Source: an uncultured Candidatus Marinamargulisbacteria bacterium
GTDB lineage: Bacteria > Margulisbacteria > Marinamargulisbacteria > CAZFTP01
NCBI GenBank assembly: GCA_964521915.1
Contig: CAZFTP010000001.1
Coordinates: 67,611 to 131,610 of the forward strand
Length of the DNA stretch: 64,000 bases
Direction: 5' to 3'
A model generated the notes under the pieces. That model was not told the DNA's origin, made no database searches, and worked only from the letters and a program-made list of their open reading frames with translations. Every line of letters begins with the position of its first letter. The first letter of the stretch is position 1. A program made the position numbers and the translations under genes. This document shows positions 39,680 through 50,811 of the stretch, piece after piece.

Positions 39680-39846
39680 TTTTTCCTCCTAAAAATATTA
39701 TTTATAATTCATATAAATTAAAATATAAAGACTGACAAATTATATAATTACTAAAAACATTTTGCAATACCAAAAAACAACTAAATTTCAATTATCAACT
39801 TTATTTTATGCAAATTAAAAAAAATACAAAGAAAAATTGCCAGCTG

Positions 39847-40971
39847 TTATGAAATAATAGTTGTTAAAACACTATCAAGCAAATTTAAACCTTTTTCTTT
39901 TAAAATAACTTTATTGTTATTAATTTTTATCAGTTTTAAATTTAATAATTCTTCCAAAGGTTTTTGAAATTCCTTTAAAAAATCTATCTTAACTATTTGC
40001 TTAAATTTTTTTAGAGAAAACCCTTCTAATAATCTAAAATTTGTTATCAAATAATGTTTTATAAGTTCTTTCTTATTTAAAGGTTTTTTATCCATAAAAT
40101 ATTTTTGAGGTAAAGAATTTTGTGAATAACTACCAAAATTTTTAGCGTTTTTAAAATACCTGTTAGCTAAAAATGAATGAGCCCCCGGACCTAAACCTAA
40201 ATATTCTCTGCCCCGCCAATAATTAAGATTATGTCTAGATTCAAAGCCTGGTTTAGCAAAAGCAGAAACTTCATAATGCTTATATCCATAAGCTTTAAGA
40301 TAATTCTGAATAAACTGAAAAATCATGAGTGATTCTTCTTCACTAACTATCTGTTGATTCATCTTTTTAAATTTACTTTGTTCTTCTATAGATAATGCAT
40401 AGGTTGAAATATGCGTTGGTTTTAAACTAACTAGATTTTTCAAAGAAAATTCAGTTGATTTTAAACTAGATCCAGGCAAACCAAAAATATAATCCAAATT
40501 AAAATTAGTAAACCCCATATATTTTATAATTTCCACAGCTTCAATAATTTGCTGAGAATCATGAATTCTACCTAAAATTTTAAGTTCTTGATCTATAAAA
40601 GATTGAACCCCTAAACTTATTCTGTTAAATGAAAAATCTTTTAGTATTTGGATTTTTTCTTGAGTAACACTTTCAGGGTTAAGCTCAAAAGTTTTTTCAA
40701 TAATTTTTGAAAAATCAATGTATTTATTTAAATAACTGAATATTTCAAATAAACCGGATACACTTAAAACAGAAGGAGTTCCTCCGCCAAAATAAAGAGT
40801 CTTAATTTGATAATCTTGAAAAACTCTCTGATAACAATCAATTTCCTTCTTTAATGCAAAAATAAATTGTTTTTCTCGTTCATAATTCCAAATTAAACTA
40901 AAAAATGCACAATAATTACATTTCTTTTTACAAAAAGGAATATGAATATAAAGCCCAATTTTTCTATTCAA
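39847..40971 (-). CDS. hemW: radical-SAM heme chaperone HemW / oxygen-independent coproporphyrinogen-III oxidase-like
   Basis: CKKKCNYCAF CxxxCxxC motif; 374 aa. Confidence 0.75.
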   Translation of the reverse strand: MNRKIGLYIHIPFCKKKCNYCAFFSLIWNYEREKQFIFALKKEIDCYQRVFQDYQIKTLYFGGGTPSVLSVSGLFEIFSYLNKYIDFSKIIEKTFELNPESVTQEKIQILKDFSFNRISLGVQSFIDQELKILGRIHDSQQIIEAVEIIKYMGFTNFNLDYIFGLPGSSLKSTEFSLKNLVSLKPTHISTYALSIEEQSKFKKMNQQIVSEEESLMIFQFIQNYLKAYGYKHYEVSAFAKPGFESRHNLNYWRGREYLGLGPGAHSFLANRYFKNAKNFGSYSQNSLPQKYFMDKKPLNKKELIKHYLITNFRLLEGFSLKKFKQIVKIDFLKEFQKPLEELLNLKLIKINNNKVILKEKGLNLLDSVLTTIIS

Positions 40972-41791
40972 ATATTTTTTGTATTCTTTCTATAGAAATA
41001 GTTTTACCATTTTCCGTATCAATTTCTAAAATAATGCCATTTAAAAACTTATCTCCATAAGTTGGCGGTTCATATTTCACTGGCATTTGGGTTATAAATT
41101 TTTCAATAATTGGAGCCACTTCCATACCAATTACACTATCTCTAGCACCTACCATACCAATATCTGTAATATAACCAGTACCTTGCGGTAATATTCTTTC
41201 ATCAGCTGTAATAACATGAGTATGCGTACCAAAAACCGTACTTACTTTACCATCTAAAAACCAACCTAAAGCTTGTTTTTCTGACGTGGTTTCCGCATGA
41301 AAATCAACAATAACAAGATTAGTTTCAGCTTTTATTTCCGGTAAAATCCGTGATATAGTTTGAAACGGACAATCTGATAACCCCATAAAAACTCTACCAA
41401 CTAAATTAACCACTGCTATTTTATATTCATTTAACCTAAAAATTCGATAACCAACACCTGGGTTACTAAATAAATAATTTAAGGGTCGTACCATTTTTTT
41501 ATATTCATTAAAATCATTGATGCTTTCTTTCTTATTATAAATATGATTTCCGCTAGTATAAGCTTGGATATTATAATTATTAAAATCCTGATAAATCTTG
41601 GTGGTAATACCATGCCCGCCAGCTACATTTTCTATATTTACAATAGTAAAATGAATATCGTTTTCTTTTTGAATTTTAGCAAGATGTTCCTTAATAACCT
41701 GACGACCAGGTTTACCAACTACATCACCTAAACATAAGATTTTTATTTTTTTCAAAATGGTTTCCATTTCATATCCATGTAGCGAAGCCAC
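40964..41791 (-). CDS. ymdB: YmdB-like metallophosphoesterase (TIGR00282 family)
   Basis: KILCLGDVVGKPGR N-terminus; located downstream of rny as in Bacillus. Confidence 0.8.
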   Translation of the reverse strand: MASLHGYEMETILKKIKILCLGDVVGKPGRQVIKEHLAKIQKENDIHFTIVNIENVAGGHGITTKIYQDFNNYNIQAYTSGNHIYNKKESINDFNEYKKMVRPLNYLFSNPGVGYRIFRLNEYKIAVVNLVGRVFMGLSDCPFQTISRILPEIKAETNLVIVDFHAETTSEKQALGWFLDGKVSTVFGTHTHVITADERILPQGTGYITDIGMVGARDSVIGMEVAPIIEKFITQMPVKYEPPTYGDKFLNGIILEIDTENGKTISIERIQKIFE

Positions 41792-41998
41792 ATGGATATA
41801 AGAATTAATTTTCTAATGGGCTTAGCCCCTTAAACCCTTTGGGGCTAACGCCCCAACTCCAAGGGGAGATATCTTTTCTTAAGGGGCTTCGCCCCTTAAA
41901 CCCCGAGGAAGATATTTTCTCTTTTCCCAACGTTAGCACTTTAGCACGTTGAACGATTCTTGAGCCCCCCTAGTGCCTAATGCCTTCTGCCTAGTGCC
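41792..41998. repeat. mosaic repeat cluster (modules B x3, D) between ymdB and rny
   Basis: Units gggcttagccc, ggggctaacgcccc, ggggcttcgcccc; ctagtgcctaatgccttctgcctagtgcctta abuts the rny stop codon. Confidence 0.8.
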
Positions 41999-43534
41999 TT
42001 ATTTCGCTATTCCAACAGCTCTGGTTTCTCTGATAATTGCTACGCGAACTTCTCCTGGATAATCTACTTCGGTTTCAATTTTTTTAGCCATATCTAAAGC
42101 CAATTTATGAGCACTTGGGTCATCTACTTCATCTGGTTTTACCATAACCCTAATCTCTCTACCTGCTTGAATTGCAAATGCTTTTTCTACTCCTTCAAAA
42201 GTTTGGGCTAAATCTTCTAACTTTTTTAATCTCTTCACATAGTTCTCTAACGATTCTTTTCTAGCTCCCGGACGTGCGGCTGAAATTCCATCTGCTACCA
42301 TAACTAAAACAGCTTCTATAGTTTCACAAGGTACGTCTTCGTGATGAGACAAGATACAATTTAATACTTCTTCTGATTCTCCGTATTTTCGTCCAATTTC
42401 TTCACCTAATTTAGCATGGGTTCCTTCTTGCTCAAAATCTACTGCTTTGCCGATATCATGTAACAAACCAGCTCTTTTTGCTAAATTATCGTTTACGCCA
42501 AGTTCACTGGCCATTACTGAAGCCAAATGCGCTACTTCAATTGAATGCTGTAACACATTTTGTCCATAACTAGTTCTATAATATAATTTACCTAAATACT
42601 CTACTAATTTAGGGTTAACTTGAACACCTAATAAATCTACGGTTTCTTGCCCTCTTTCTTTAATTATTTCTTCTAAATCTTTTTGCGTTTTTAAAATAAT
42701 TTCTTCTATTCTGGCTGGGTGAATTCGACCATCTTCAACTAATCTTTCCAAAGCAATTTTAGCTACTTCTCTTCTAATCGGGTCAAAACAAGAAATAATT
42801 ACCGCATTTGGGGTATCATCAATAATTACATCCACCCCAGTCATAGCTTCAAAAGAACGGATATTTCTACCTTCTCTACCAATCACTCTCCCTTTCATTT
42901 CGTCATCTGGCAACATAATTATAGTAGTAGTTGTCGGGGAAATATGATCCATAGTAGTTCTTTGTATAGCGGTAGTAATAATTTCTTTTGCTTTCCTATT
43001 AGCAATTTTTCTTGCTTGTTCTTCTACTTGTTTAATAATTAAGCCTGCTTGATTTCTGCTATCTCTTTCTACATTTTTTAAGACTATTTCTTTAGCGTCA
43101 TCTTTAGAGATGCCTGCCGTTTTTAGTAGTTTCTCATTTAATTCTTCTACTAAACTCTCTTGTTTCTTTTTTAACCCTTTAACTCTATCAATTTCTTGAT
43201 TTAATTGTAAATCTCTTTCTGCCAAAAGAGCTTCTTTTTCTGCAATAAATTTTTCTTTTTGTAATAATTTTTCCTCAATTTGCTCAAATTCTTTTCTATG
43301 TGTGCGCAATTCATCTTCAATTAAATTTTTAGATTTAAAAATTATTTCTTTACTATCTGTTTCAGCTTTAAATAAAATTTCATTGGCCTTTTCTTTAGCA
43401 GATTTAATTTTATTGGCAATTTCTGTCTCTGCCCATAGAATTTTTTTATCTGCAAACGCTTTTCTAGCAAAATAAAAAACTATTACTGCTGTAATTATTA
43501 TAATAGCTATAATTAATACTAAAGTTACTATCAA
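41999..43534 (-). CDS. rny: ribonuclease Y
   Basis: N-terminal TM helix, coiled coil, KH domain ([11 protein letters not shown]), HD domain (HHEDVP); 511 aa. Confidence 0.9.
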   Translation of the reverse strand: MIVTLVLIIAIIIITAVIVFYFARKAFADKKILWAETEIANKIKSAKEKANEILFKAETDSKEIIFKSKNLIEDELRTHRKEFEQIEEKLLQKEKFIAEKEALLAERDLQLNQEIDRVKGLKKKQESLVEELNEKLLKTAGISKDDAKEIVLKNVERDSRNQAGLIIKQVEEQARKIANRKAKEIITTAIQRTTMDHISPTTTTIIMLPDDEMKGRVIGREGRNIRSFEAMTGVDVIIDDTPNAVIISCFDPIRREVAKIALERLVEDGRIHPARIEEIILKTQKDLEEIIKERGQETVDLLGVQVNPKLVEYLGKLYYRTSYGQNVLQHSIEVAHLASVMASELGVNDNLAKRAGLLHDIGKAVDFEQEGTHAKLGEEIGRKYGESEEVLNCILSHHEDVPCETIEAVLVMVADGISAARPGARKESLENYVKRLKKLEDLAQTFEGVEKAFAIQAGREIRVMVKPDEVDDPSAHKLALDMAKKIETEVDYPGEVRVAIIRETRAVGIAK

Positions 43535-44562
43535 TTAAGCACCTCCTCTGTTAATACGGCTGTTTTTTCCACCGGTACCACTAAAAATTTTTCTTTAATT
43601 TTAGTTTCTATTTCAGTTACTATTTTAGGGTTATTCTTTAAAAAATTCTTCGCGGCTTCTCTACCTTGACCTATTCTTTCTTCCCCATAACTAAACCAAG
43701 CACCACTTTTTTCCACAAAACTTTGATTCACTGCTAAGTCTAATAAATCACCTAATTTGGACATACCTTCATTAAACATAATATCAATATCCACCTGTTT
43801 AAAGGGCGGTGCAACTTTATTTTTAACAACCTTAATTCTCACCCTATTACCTAAAACATCTACGCCAGATTTTATTTGTTCAGCTCTTCTTACTTCCAAT
43901 CGAATTGAAGAATAAAATTTTAAAGCTCTACCTCCAGGTGTAGTTTCCGGATTACCAAACATAATACCTAATTTGTCTCGAACCTGATTAACAAAAACAA
44001 CAATGGTATTAGATTTACTTACTATTGCCGTTAATTTACGTAATGCTTGCGACATTAACCTAGCTTGTAAACCCATTTGAGGATCGCCCATATCTCCTTC
44101 AATTTCTGATTTTGGAACTAAAGCGGCTACAGAATCCACAACAATTAAATCAATAGCGCCAGACCTAACTAAAGTTTCTACTATTTCTAAAGCTTGTTCA
44201 CCAAAATCCGGTTGTGATAAAAGTAAATTATCAATATTAACCCCTATTTTTTCCGCGTAACTAGGGTCAAGAGCATGTTCAACGTCAATAAAAGCGCAAG
44301 TCCCGCCAATTTTCTGAGCTTCCGCCACAGCATGTAACGACAAAGTAGTCTTACCTGACGATTCCGGACCGAAAACTTCAATAATTCTACCTCTTGGATA
44401 ACCGCCTACACCTAAAGCAAAATCTAAAGATAAAGCCCCTGAAGGAATTACACTAAAAGAACGTTTTGGTGAATCCCCCATTTTCATAATGGCGCCTTTA
44501 CCATGGTTTTTTTCTATCTGAGCTAATGCAAAAGCTAATGCTTTAGTTTTATTATCTTCCAT
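43531..44562 (-). CDS. recA: recombinase RecA
   Basis: GPESSGKTT Walker A; 343 aa. Confidence 0.95.
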   Translation of the reverse strand: MEDNKTKALAFALAQIEKNHGKGAIMKMGDSPKRSFSVIPSGALSLDFALGVGGYPRGRIIEVFGPESSGKTTLSLHAVAEAQKIGGTCAFIDVEHALDPSYAEKIGVNIDNLLLSQPDFGEQALEIVETLVRSGAIDLIVVDSVAALVPKSEIEGDMGDPQMGLQARLMSQALRKLTAIVSKSNTIVVFVNQVRDKLGIMFGNPETTPGGRALKFYSSIRLEVRRAEQIKSGVDVLGNRVRIKVVKNKVAPPFKQVDIDIMFNEGMSKLGDLLDLAVNQSFVEKSGAWFSYGEERIGQGREAAKNFLKNNPKIVTEIETKIKEKFLVVPVEKTAVLTEEVLN

Positions 44563-44896
44563 AATTTTCCTCCTTATTAATTATTTATGTATATTAAAGC
44601 TTCGCCTTAATATACATATAAAATACATAAAAAAAATTTTATTTATATCAATGAAAAATCTAAACAGAAGATACAGGATTACTTTGAATTAGTAATAACC
44701 AAACTAAATTTTCCAACAAAATTTATAATAAATTATTTTTTGTTAATTAACAAAAAAGATTTTTTTAATAATTTCAATTATTTACAAATATTTAAGTAAT
44801 CTAACTTTAATTTTATAGATATTAAATAGCTTATTTTATATCTAACTATTTAGTATTTTTCATAATCTAACCTTACTACTAGTATTATAACAAATT

Positions 44897-44936
44897 ATGA
44901 GTCTGTTGCAAAATGGCTATTTCGCGACAGACTCAT
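44897..44936. repeat. MITE-like compact copy with perfect 10-bp termini (atgagtctgt...acagactcat)
   Basis: atgagtctgttgcaaaatggctatttcgcgacagactcat. Confidence 0.7.
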
Positions 44937-44960
44937 TATTAAAATTTTATAGGCTTATTT

Positions 44961-45893
44961 TTATAAAAAGAGACCCTTGTATAAAAAATACACTCCAAAG
45001 CTAATTAAACCTACCAACCAAAACAACAAAACAACCTTAATTTCACTTAAGCCCATCATTTCAAAATGATGATGCAAAGGCGCCATTTTAAAAATCCGCC
45101 TTTTAAATAATTTATAACTACCAACCTGCAAAATTACAGACAAAGTTTCACAAATATAAACAAAACCAAACGGTATTAATAACCAAAAATTATTCAATAT
45201 CAAACTTAAACCCACAAAAAGAGCCCCTATTGATAAAGAACCGGTATCGCCCATAAAAATTTTGGCTTTATGCTTATTGAAAATTAGAAAACATAAAATT
45301 GAAGTAATAAAAACACCAACAAATTTTATTGATTCTAAATCGTTAACCTTAAAAAAAACCAGAAAAAAACCTATTGCCGAAATTATACTTAAACCACCTA
45401 ATAAACCATCTAAACCATCAGTTAAATTGGTAGCATTAGAAAACCCTACCATTAAAAACCAATAAATTAAAAAATTTATAATTCCAACTTTATTGATAAA
45501 AATAGTATATACACTTAATAAAACAAAAGTAATAATTATCTGAAGAAGAAATTTTTGTTTTGCGGAAAACCCCTTATTCTTATGACTTTTAACAGATAAA
45601 AAATCGTCCACAAAACCTAATATCACAAAACTTAAAAATACCAAATAAAGCCATAATATTATTGGCGAAAACAGCTTAAAAATAATTATGCCCAAACTTA
45701 AAATAAACAAAATACCTATGCCACCAAAAGACGGTGTTTTACTCTTTTGCTGATGACTTCCAGGACTAAGATCATAAATAGGCTGATAAATTTTTATCTG
45801 CTTTAAAAAAATGATTAACAACCAATAAAATACAACACCAACAAAAAAAAGCAAAATAAATTTAAGCATATTTTTCCTTAAGTTTTTCAACAA
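44961..45893 (-). CDS. mraY: phospho-N-acetylmuramoyl-pentapeptide transferase
   Basis: Polytopic membrane protein; GFVDDFLS and NLTDGLDGL motifs. Confidence 0.85.
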   Translation of the reverse strand: MLKNLRKNMLKFILLFFVGVVFYWLLIIFLKQIKIYQPIYDLSPGSHQQKSKTPSFGGIGILFILSLGIIIFKLFSPIILWLYLVFLSFVILGFVDDFLSVKSHKNKGFSAKQKFLLQIIITFVLLSVYTIFINKVGIINFLIYWFLMVGFSNATNLTDGLDGLLGGLSIISAIGFFLVFFKVNDLESIKFVGVFITSILCFLIFNKHKAKIFMGDTGSLSIGALFVGLSLILNNFWLLIPFGFVYICETLSVILQVGSYKLFKRRIFKMAPLHHHFEMMGLSEIKVVLLFWLVGLISFGVYFLYKGLFL

Positions 45894-47001
45894 TTTCTTC
45901 CATTTTCATACCTCTAGAACCTTTTATTAATATTACATCACCGGATTTTATTTCCGAAAAAAGTAAATTCATCAATTCTTTTTTATCTAAAAATGAAAAC
46001 TTAGTAATATCTTTTGATTTTACTTGCTGATATATCTCACCAAAAGTAAAAACTAAATCTATGCCATTTTCAACAGCCGCAATATTGATAATTTTTTCGT
46101 GTTCTTTAAAAGCTTCTTTACCTAGTTCCAACATGTCGCCAAGTACTAAAATTTTTCTCCCCGGCATTTTTTTCTGAAATTCCATTGCATAACAAACTCC
46201 ATCAGGATTAGCATTATAACTATCATCAATGATGGTTATATCTAATTTTGTTCCTTTAGTAACTGCCAATCTTTTTTCACTAGCGTGAAATTTTGCCATA
46301 CCTTCTCTAATTTCTTCATCATTCAAACCAAAATGCTTAGCAACCAGATAACACAAATTAAAACCTTGGTCTATCTTAGTTTCACCGCTAAAATTTAAAA
46401 CTTTAAAATTATTTTTCACCGCTTTTTCTTGCAGTAATTTATGATACGCTGTTTTTGAATTTAAAAAAGCATATCTTGTTTCTTTTTCCCAATTTAAAAC
46501 CGGCTGGAAAATTTCTGCTTTGGCTAAAGCAATATTTCTTTGCGTTTTTAATCTTTCTACATGTGTTAACCCAATATTAGTAATTATGGCATGAGTTGGA
46601 CGGCAAATTTTAGATAAAATCTTGATTTCTCCTCTTAAACGCATAGCTAATTCTACAATAATTATTTCAGTATCAAAATCTGCTTTTAAAATAGTTAATG
46701 GTACGCCTATCTCATTATTTTGATTTTGAAAAGTAGCCACAACCTTAAATTTTTGGCTTAAAATAGCATAGAGTAAATCTTTAGTAGTAGTTTTACCTGC
46801 CGAACCGGTAATAGCAATTACTTTTGCCTTTAATTTTTTTCGGTAATTTTTAGCGAATTTGGTAAGATCAACATCAAGAATTTTTCGGGCTCCTTTTTTG
46901 AGAGCTTCTTGAATAAAATCATGCCCATCAAAGTTTTCACCTTTGATTGGAATATAAATATCTCCTGGTTGTAATGTTCTGGTGTCGATAGATATTTTCA
47001 C
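45862..47001 (-). CDS. murF: UDP-MurNAc-tripeptide--D-Ala-D-Ala ligase (short form, GTG start)
   Basis: ITGSAGKTTTKDLL P-loop; position between murE and mraY. Confidence 0.75.
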   Translation of the reverse strand: MKISIDTRTLQPGDIYIPIKGENFDGHDFIQEALKKGARKILDVDLTKFAKNYRKKLKAKVIAITGSAGKTTTKDLLYAILSQKFKVVATFQNQNNEIGVPLTILKADFDTEIIIVELAMRLRGEIKILSKICRPTHAIITNIGLTHVERLKTQRNIALAKAEIFQPVLNWEKETRYAFLNSKTAYHKLLQEKAVKNNFKVLNFSGETKIDQGFNLCYLVAKHFGLNDEEIREGMAKFHASEKRLAVTKGTKLDITIIDDSYNANPDGVCYAMEFQKKMPGRKILVLGDMLELGKEAFKEHEKIINIAAVENGIDLVFTFGEIYQQVKSKDITKFSFLDKKELMNLLFSEIKSGDVILIKGSRGMKMEEIVEKLKEKYA

Positions 47002-47186
47002 TTTTTTTCCTTTTTCTTTTTAGAAAAGAAACAAAAAATTTTATTTTTAGGAGATTTTTCTTTTTGGAAAAAAGAAAAACCCTCTAAGACCCAAAAAGAA
47101 AAACTTTATTGCGGCTCAACTCGTTTTTTTCCTAAGCTAAACTTTGTGCCTTATTTTCTAAAATCATAGTCCATCAAATAATCATT
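47002..47186. repeat. degenerate repeat region (module E palindromes and an ATCAT-like array that runs into the murE 3' end)
   Basis: ttagaaaagaaacaaaaaattttat; ttttctttttggaaaaaagaaaa; aaatcatagtccatcaaataatcattttaatcacagttcaagac. Confidence 0.6.
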
Positions 47187-48404
47187 TTAATCACAGTTCA
47201 AGACCTCTCTCACTACCTCCCCGTCGTCAAAATGAATTGTTTTATCAGCAAAGATTTGATAATTTTCATGTCCTTTACCTAACAGCATTACAATATCATT
47301 TTTCTTTGCCATTTTAATTATCTTTATAATAGCTTCTTTTCTATCTAAAATAACCTGATAATTGCTAAAATCTTTTGGTAACCCTTGTAAAATATCTTGC
47401 ACTATTTGGTTTTGATCTTCTGTTCTGGGATTATCATTAGTAATAATCACAAAATCGCTTAACTGAACAGCAACTTCTGCCATTAGAGGTCTTTTGGTTC
47501 TATCTCTATCACCGCCACAACCAAATAAAGTTAAAACTCTACCACCATTATTTTTTACTATTTTTCCAGCTGTTTCTAAAACTTTTTTCATCCCATCAGG
47601 GGTATGGGCATAATCTACGACTACCAAAAAATCTCGATTAGTTATAACCTGCTCAAATCTTCCTTTAGGCGCTTTAGCTTTTGATAACCCTATTTCAATT
47701 TGCTCTTTTGTTAAACCTAGTTTTTGTAAAATTAAATAACTAAGTTCTAAATTAGCCAGATTAAAATCTCCTAATAATTGATGTTTAAAATCTATCTGGA
47801 CTTTTTGATAATCTTCGGGATAAATTTTTATGCTATCTCCTTCATTCATAAATTTCATTTTTGTTTTTTTATAATTAGCGAAAGTTTTATGAAAATCCAA
47901 ATGATCTTGTGTAATATTAGTTAATGCTTTAATAGCAAAATTAATCCCGTAAATTCTATCTTGCGCAATTCCATGGGAAGATACCTCCATCACAAAATAT
48001 TTTCCGCCTTTATTAAAATGTTTTTGCATTAAAGTTAAGATATCCCAAGATTCCGGGGTAGTAAGATTAGCAGTGATTGTTCCTAAAACAAAAGAGGATC
48101 CCGGTTCTAAATTATTTAATACCTGATTTACTAGATGAGTCACGGTTGTTTTACCATTTGTTCCTGTAACTCCAATTACCGCAAGTTTTTGAGATGGATC
48201 TTGAAAAACTTTTTGCCCTAATTCTCCTAATTCTTTTCTGTTTAATTTCAAATAATTTTGTGCGCCGCGTTTAAAAGCCTCTTCAATATATTTTTCCCCG
48301 TTAGGAAGTACGAGATAAGTATCACCTTTATTAATTTTACGAGAATCTATCTGATACATAAATATTTGAAAAACTAGTGAAAAATATGATATTATCCTAA
48401 ACAT
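47187..48404 (-). CDS. murE: UDP-MurNAc-L-Ala-D-Glu--2,6-diaminopimelate ligase
   Basis: VIGVTGTNGKTT, DYAHTPDG and DNPR motifs; the last codons and stop lie inside an ATCAT-array-like repeat. Confidence 0.8.
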   Translation of the reverse strand: MFRIISYFSLVFQIFMYQIDSRKINKGDTYLVLPNGEKYIEEAFKRGAQNYLKLNRKELGELGQKVFQDPSQKLAVIGVTGTNGKTTVTHLVNQVLNNLEPGSSFVLGTITANLTTPESWDILTLMQKHFNKGGKYFVMEVSSHGIAQDRIYGINFAIKALTNITQDHLDFHKTFANYKKTKMKFMNEGDSIKIYPEDYQKVQIDFKHQLLGDFNLANLELSYLILQKLGLTKEQIEIGLSKAKAPKGRFEQVITNRDFLVVVDYAHTPDGMKKVLETAGKIVKNNGGRVLTLFGCGGDRDRTKRPLMAEVAVQLSDFVIITNDNPRTEDQNQIVQDILQGLPKDFSNYQVILDRKEAIIKIIKMAKKNDIVMLLGKGHENYQIFADKTIHFDDGEVVREVLNCD

Positions 48405-48457
48405 AATTCCTGTTTTTGTAAACCCTAAGGGAAATTTAATTTACAAGGTGTAAACAT

Positions 48458-49234
48458 TTGTTTTCAGATCGCGAAGAACTAGTATTACAATATTTAAAAA
48501 CAAAAAATCAAAAATTACGCGAAAAAATTGTTTTGGCTTATAAACCGTTAACAGATTATATTGCCCGTAAAATGGCATATAACAGAGACGATTTAGAAGA
48601 TATTATCCAAATTAGTACTATTGCCTTACTAAAATCTTTGGAAAGATATAACCCAAATAAAGAAGTCGATTTTTCTTCTTTTGCTTCACCAAACATTATT
48701 GGAGAAATAAAACATTATTATCGCGATAAAGGAAATTTAATAAAAATTCCTAGACGCATTCAAGAAACCTATTCTAAAATCAAAAACTTTATAAAAGTTT
48801 TTACCCAAGAACAAAAACGCGCTCCCACAATTAAAGAAATTTCTGCTACAATTGATGTTCCTGCAGATACTATTTTAGAAGTTCTGGAGACAATTCAATT
48901 AACAAATATCGTATCTTTAGATGCGCCTTTATACAATGAAAATGTTTCAAAAGGAACAGACCATTTAACTTTAATGAATAGTTTAGGCGTAAAACCGTCG
49001 CATAGTTTTCTTTTAACAGAAGAACATCTCAAAGAAGCTTTAAAACATATTAATGAACGAGAAAAATATATTATTTTCCTAAAATTTTATGAAGGCTATT
49101 CACAAAGAGAAATTGCGGAAAAAATTCATATGTCACAAATGCATGTATCTAGACTATTAAATAGTGCTCTTAAAGCCTTAAAAAAAGAAATTATTAAAAC
49201 TAAAAAAACAGATGAAGAAGAACAAGGAGGTTAA
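48458..49234 (+). CDS. group-3 alternative sigma factor (SigB/SigF/SigG-like), TTG start
   Basis: Region 2 FSSFASPNIIGEIKHYYRD; region 4 HTH REIAEKIHMSQMHVSRL; AAGGTG RBS. Confidence 0.75.
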   Translation: MFSDREELVLQYLKTKNQKLREKIVLAYKPLTDYIARKMAYNRDDLEDIIQISTIALLKSLERYNPNKEVDFSSFASPNIIGEIKHYYRDKGNLIKIPRRIQETYSKIKNFIKVFTQEQKRAPTIKEISATIDVPADTILEVLETIQLTNIVSLDAPLYNENVSKGTDHLTLMNSLGVKPSHSFLLTEEHLKEALKHINEREKYIIFLKFYEGYSQREIAEKIHMSQMHVSRLLNSALKALKKEIIKTKKTDEEEQGG

Positions 49235-49245
49235 TTCATTTTTAT

Positions 49246-50247
49246 ATGAACATAATGACATCTGAACAATTATTAAACCAAGATCAAATTAAAAAATATA
49301 TACCCCACCGTTTTGAAAATTTGTTATTAGATAAATTAACTGTTTATAAAACTCCAGATAAAAGTATTGGTTTTCCTGGATTATCAGAAACAGTTATTAC
49401 TGAAAATGATAATTTAAACAGACATCTTTTTTACAAAAAAAATATTCATAATGAAAAAGTCATTATCAGCCCAGTTCTTTTAGAGATTTTAGCTTTAGCC
49501 GCTGTTTGTTCAACGGAAAAATTACCGCCTGGTTTTTGTGCTTTATTTGCTTCAATTTCGCACTACAAAAAACTAAACGATTCTAAATTAGGTGAAAAAA
49601 TCATATGTAAAGTTACTCCCTTAAAAATAAAATCTGAAATCTTTCTTTATCATGGTGAAGTATTTAACGAAAATAATACTTTATTAGCAACAGCAGATCT
49701 TATGGCCGCCTTAGGCAGATACGATGACCTAAAAAAAAGTATTAACCAAATTACGTTAGAAAACAAGGAACAAGATGATACTACAGAAAAAACCCTAATT
49801 CCAATAAACAAATCAAATACATATAAAAATCCGGCTTTATATTTTGTTGATGCATTAATTAATCAAACTGATAATAATTGTAAAACAAAATATACTTATC
49901 CTAAAAACCATCCTTTTACAAAAGGGCACTTTGAAGGTTTCCCTATTATGATGGGGATTAGTCAAATCATTATGATAGAAGATGCCGCTAGTTTATTTGT
50001 GGAAAAAATATTGGAAAAAGATACTATCAAAAAACAAGACTTAATATTGAATTGTAATGCAGAAATTAAAAAAAATAATGGAAATATTGTTGCAAATTTA
50101 AAAAATGCCAAAATAAAAATTACTATTGACCCAAAACAACCCATAAAAATACAAAGCGATTTAATCGAATGCACCAAAATTGTTTTTAGAAATATTGTTG
50201 CTCCAGGTGAAACCCTTTTCGCAGAATTAACCGACATTTTTTTTTAA
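49246..50247 (+). CDS. tandem hotdog-fold protein with two FabZ-like dehydratase domains
   Basis: IPHRFENLLLDKL (FabZ-like N-terminus) and HFEGFPIMMGISQI (FabZ HFPGxPxMPG-like) in separate halves. Confidence 0.55.
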   Translation: MNIMTSEQLLNQDQIKKYIPHRFENLLLDKLTVYKTPDKSIGFPGLSETVITENDNLNRHLFYKKNIHNEKVIISPVLLEILALAAVCSTEKLPPGFCALFASISHYKKLNDSKLGEKIICKVTPLKIKSEIFLYHGEVFNENNTLLATADLMAALGRYDDLKKSINQITLENKEQDDTTEKTLIPINKSNTYKNPALYFVDALINQTDNNCKTKYTYPKNHPFTKGHFEGFPIMMGISQIIMIEDAASLFVEKILEKDTIKKQDLILNCNAEIKKNNGNIVANLKNAKIKITIDPKQPIKIQSDLIECTKIVFRNIVAPGETLFAELTDIFF

Positions 50248-50270
50248 AGAACACGTTTGTGCATTGAATT

Positions 50271-50810
50271 CTATATTTTACTTAAAAACTTTGCATTCTT
50301 ATCTTTTTCAGAAAGATTGATTGGTAATCCTTTTATCAATGGCCATTTTATGCCAATAACCGGATCATCCCATCTTACACTACCATCAGCACTGGGTTCA
50401 TAATAATTAGTACATTTATAATTAACTACCGCAATATCTGAAAGAACATAGAAACCATGCAAAAAACCTGGCGGAATATACAATTGTGCTTTATTATCTT
50501 CTGAAAGTAGTTTAGCTACCCACAGCCCATAAGTTGACGAATTTTTACGTATATCAACCGCAACATCAAAAATTTCACCTACTAATACTCTTACTAATTT
50601 CCCTTGTGCATATGGTTCTTTTTGATAGTGTAAACCTCTTAAAGTACCTTTATTAGATTTACTTTGATTTTCTTGCACAAACCTTTCGTTTATACCATTT
50701 TCAATAAATTCTTTTTCACGTAAAACTTCATAAAAATACCCTCTTTCATCATTAATTACCTTAGGTAAAATATAAACAACTTCGGGTATAATTAATTTTT
50801 CAAAAATCAT
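50271..50810 (-). CDS. rfbC: dTDP-4-dehydrorhamnose 3,5-epimerase
   Basis: RGLHYQ, VGEIFDVAVDIR and PPGFLHGF motifs. Confidence 0.85.
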   Translation of the reverse strand: MIFEKLIIPEVVYILPKVINDERGYFYEVLREKEFIENGINERFVQENQSKSNKGTLRGLHYQKEPYAQGKLVRVLVGEIFDVAVDIRKNSSTYGLWVAKLLSEDNKAQLYIPPGFLHGFYVLSDIAVVNYKCTNYYEPSADGSVRWDDPVIGIKWPLIKGLPINLSEKDKNAKFLSKI

Positions 50811-50811
50811 T

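Noticed and set aside
3751-47215. Possibility that the recurring GC-rich repeats form a CRISPR array
   Set aside because: The units are not regularly spaced, have no unique spacers between identical direct repeats, are spread over more than 40 kb between housekeeping genes, and no cas genes are present. They behave like REP/MITE-type dispersed elements.
45862-48404. murE and murF appear N-terminally short (405 and 379 aa), which could indicate pseudogenes
   Set aside because: All catalytic motifs (P-loops, DNPR in MurE) are intact and the reading frames are continuous. The shorter N-termini are more likely alternative upstream starts not captured by the ORF track or lineage-specific trimming, so they are kept as CDS.
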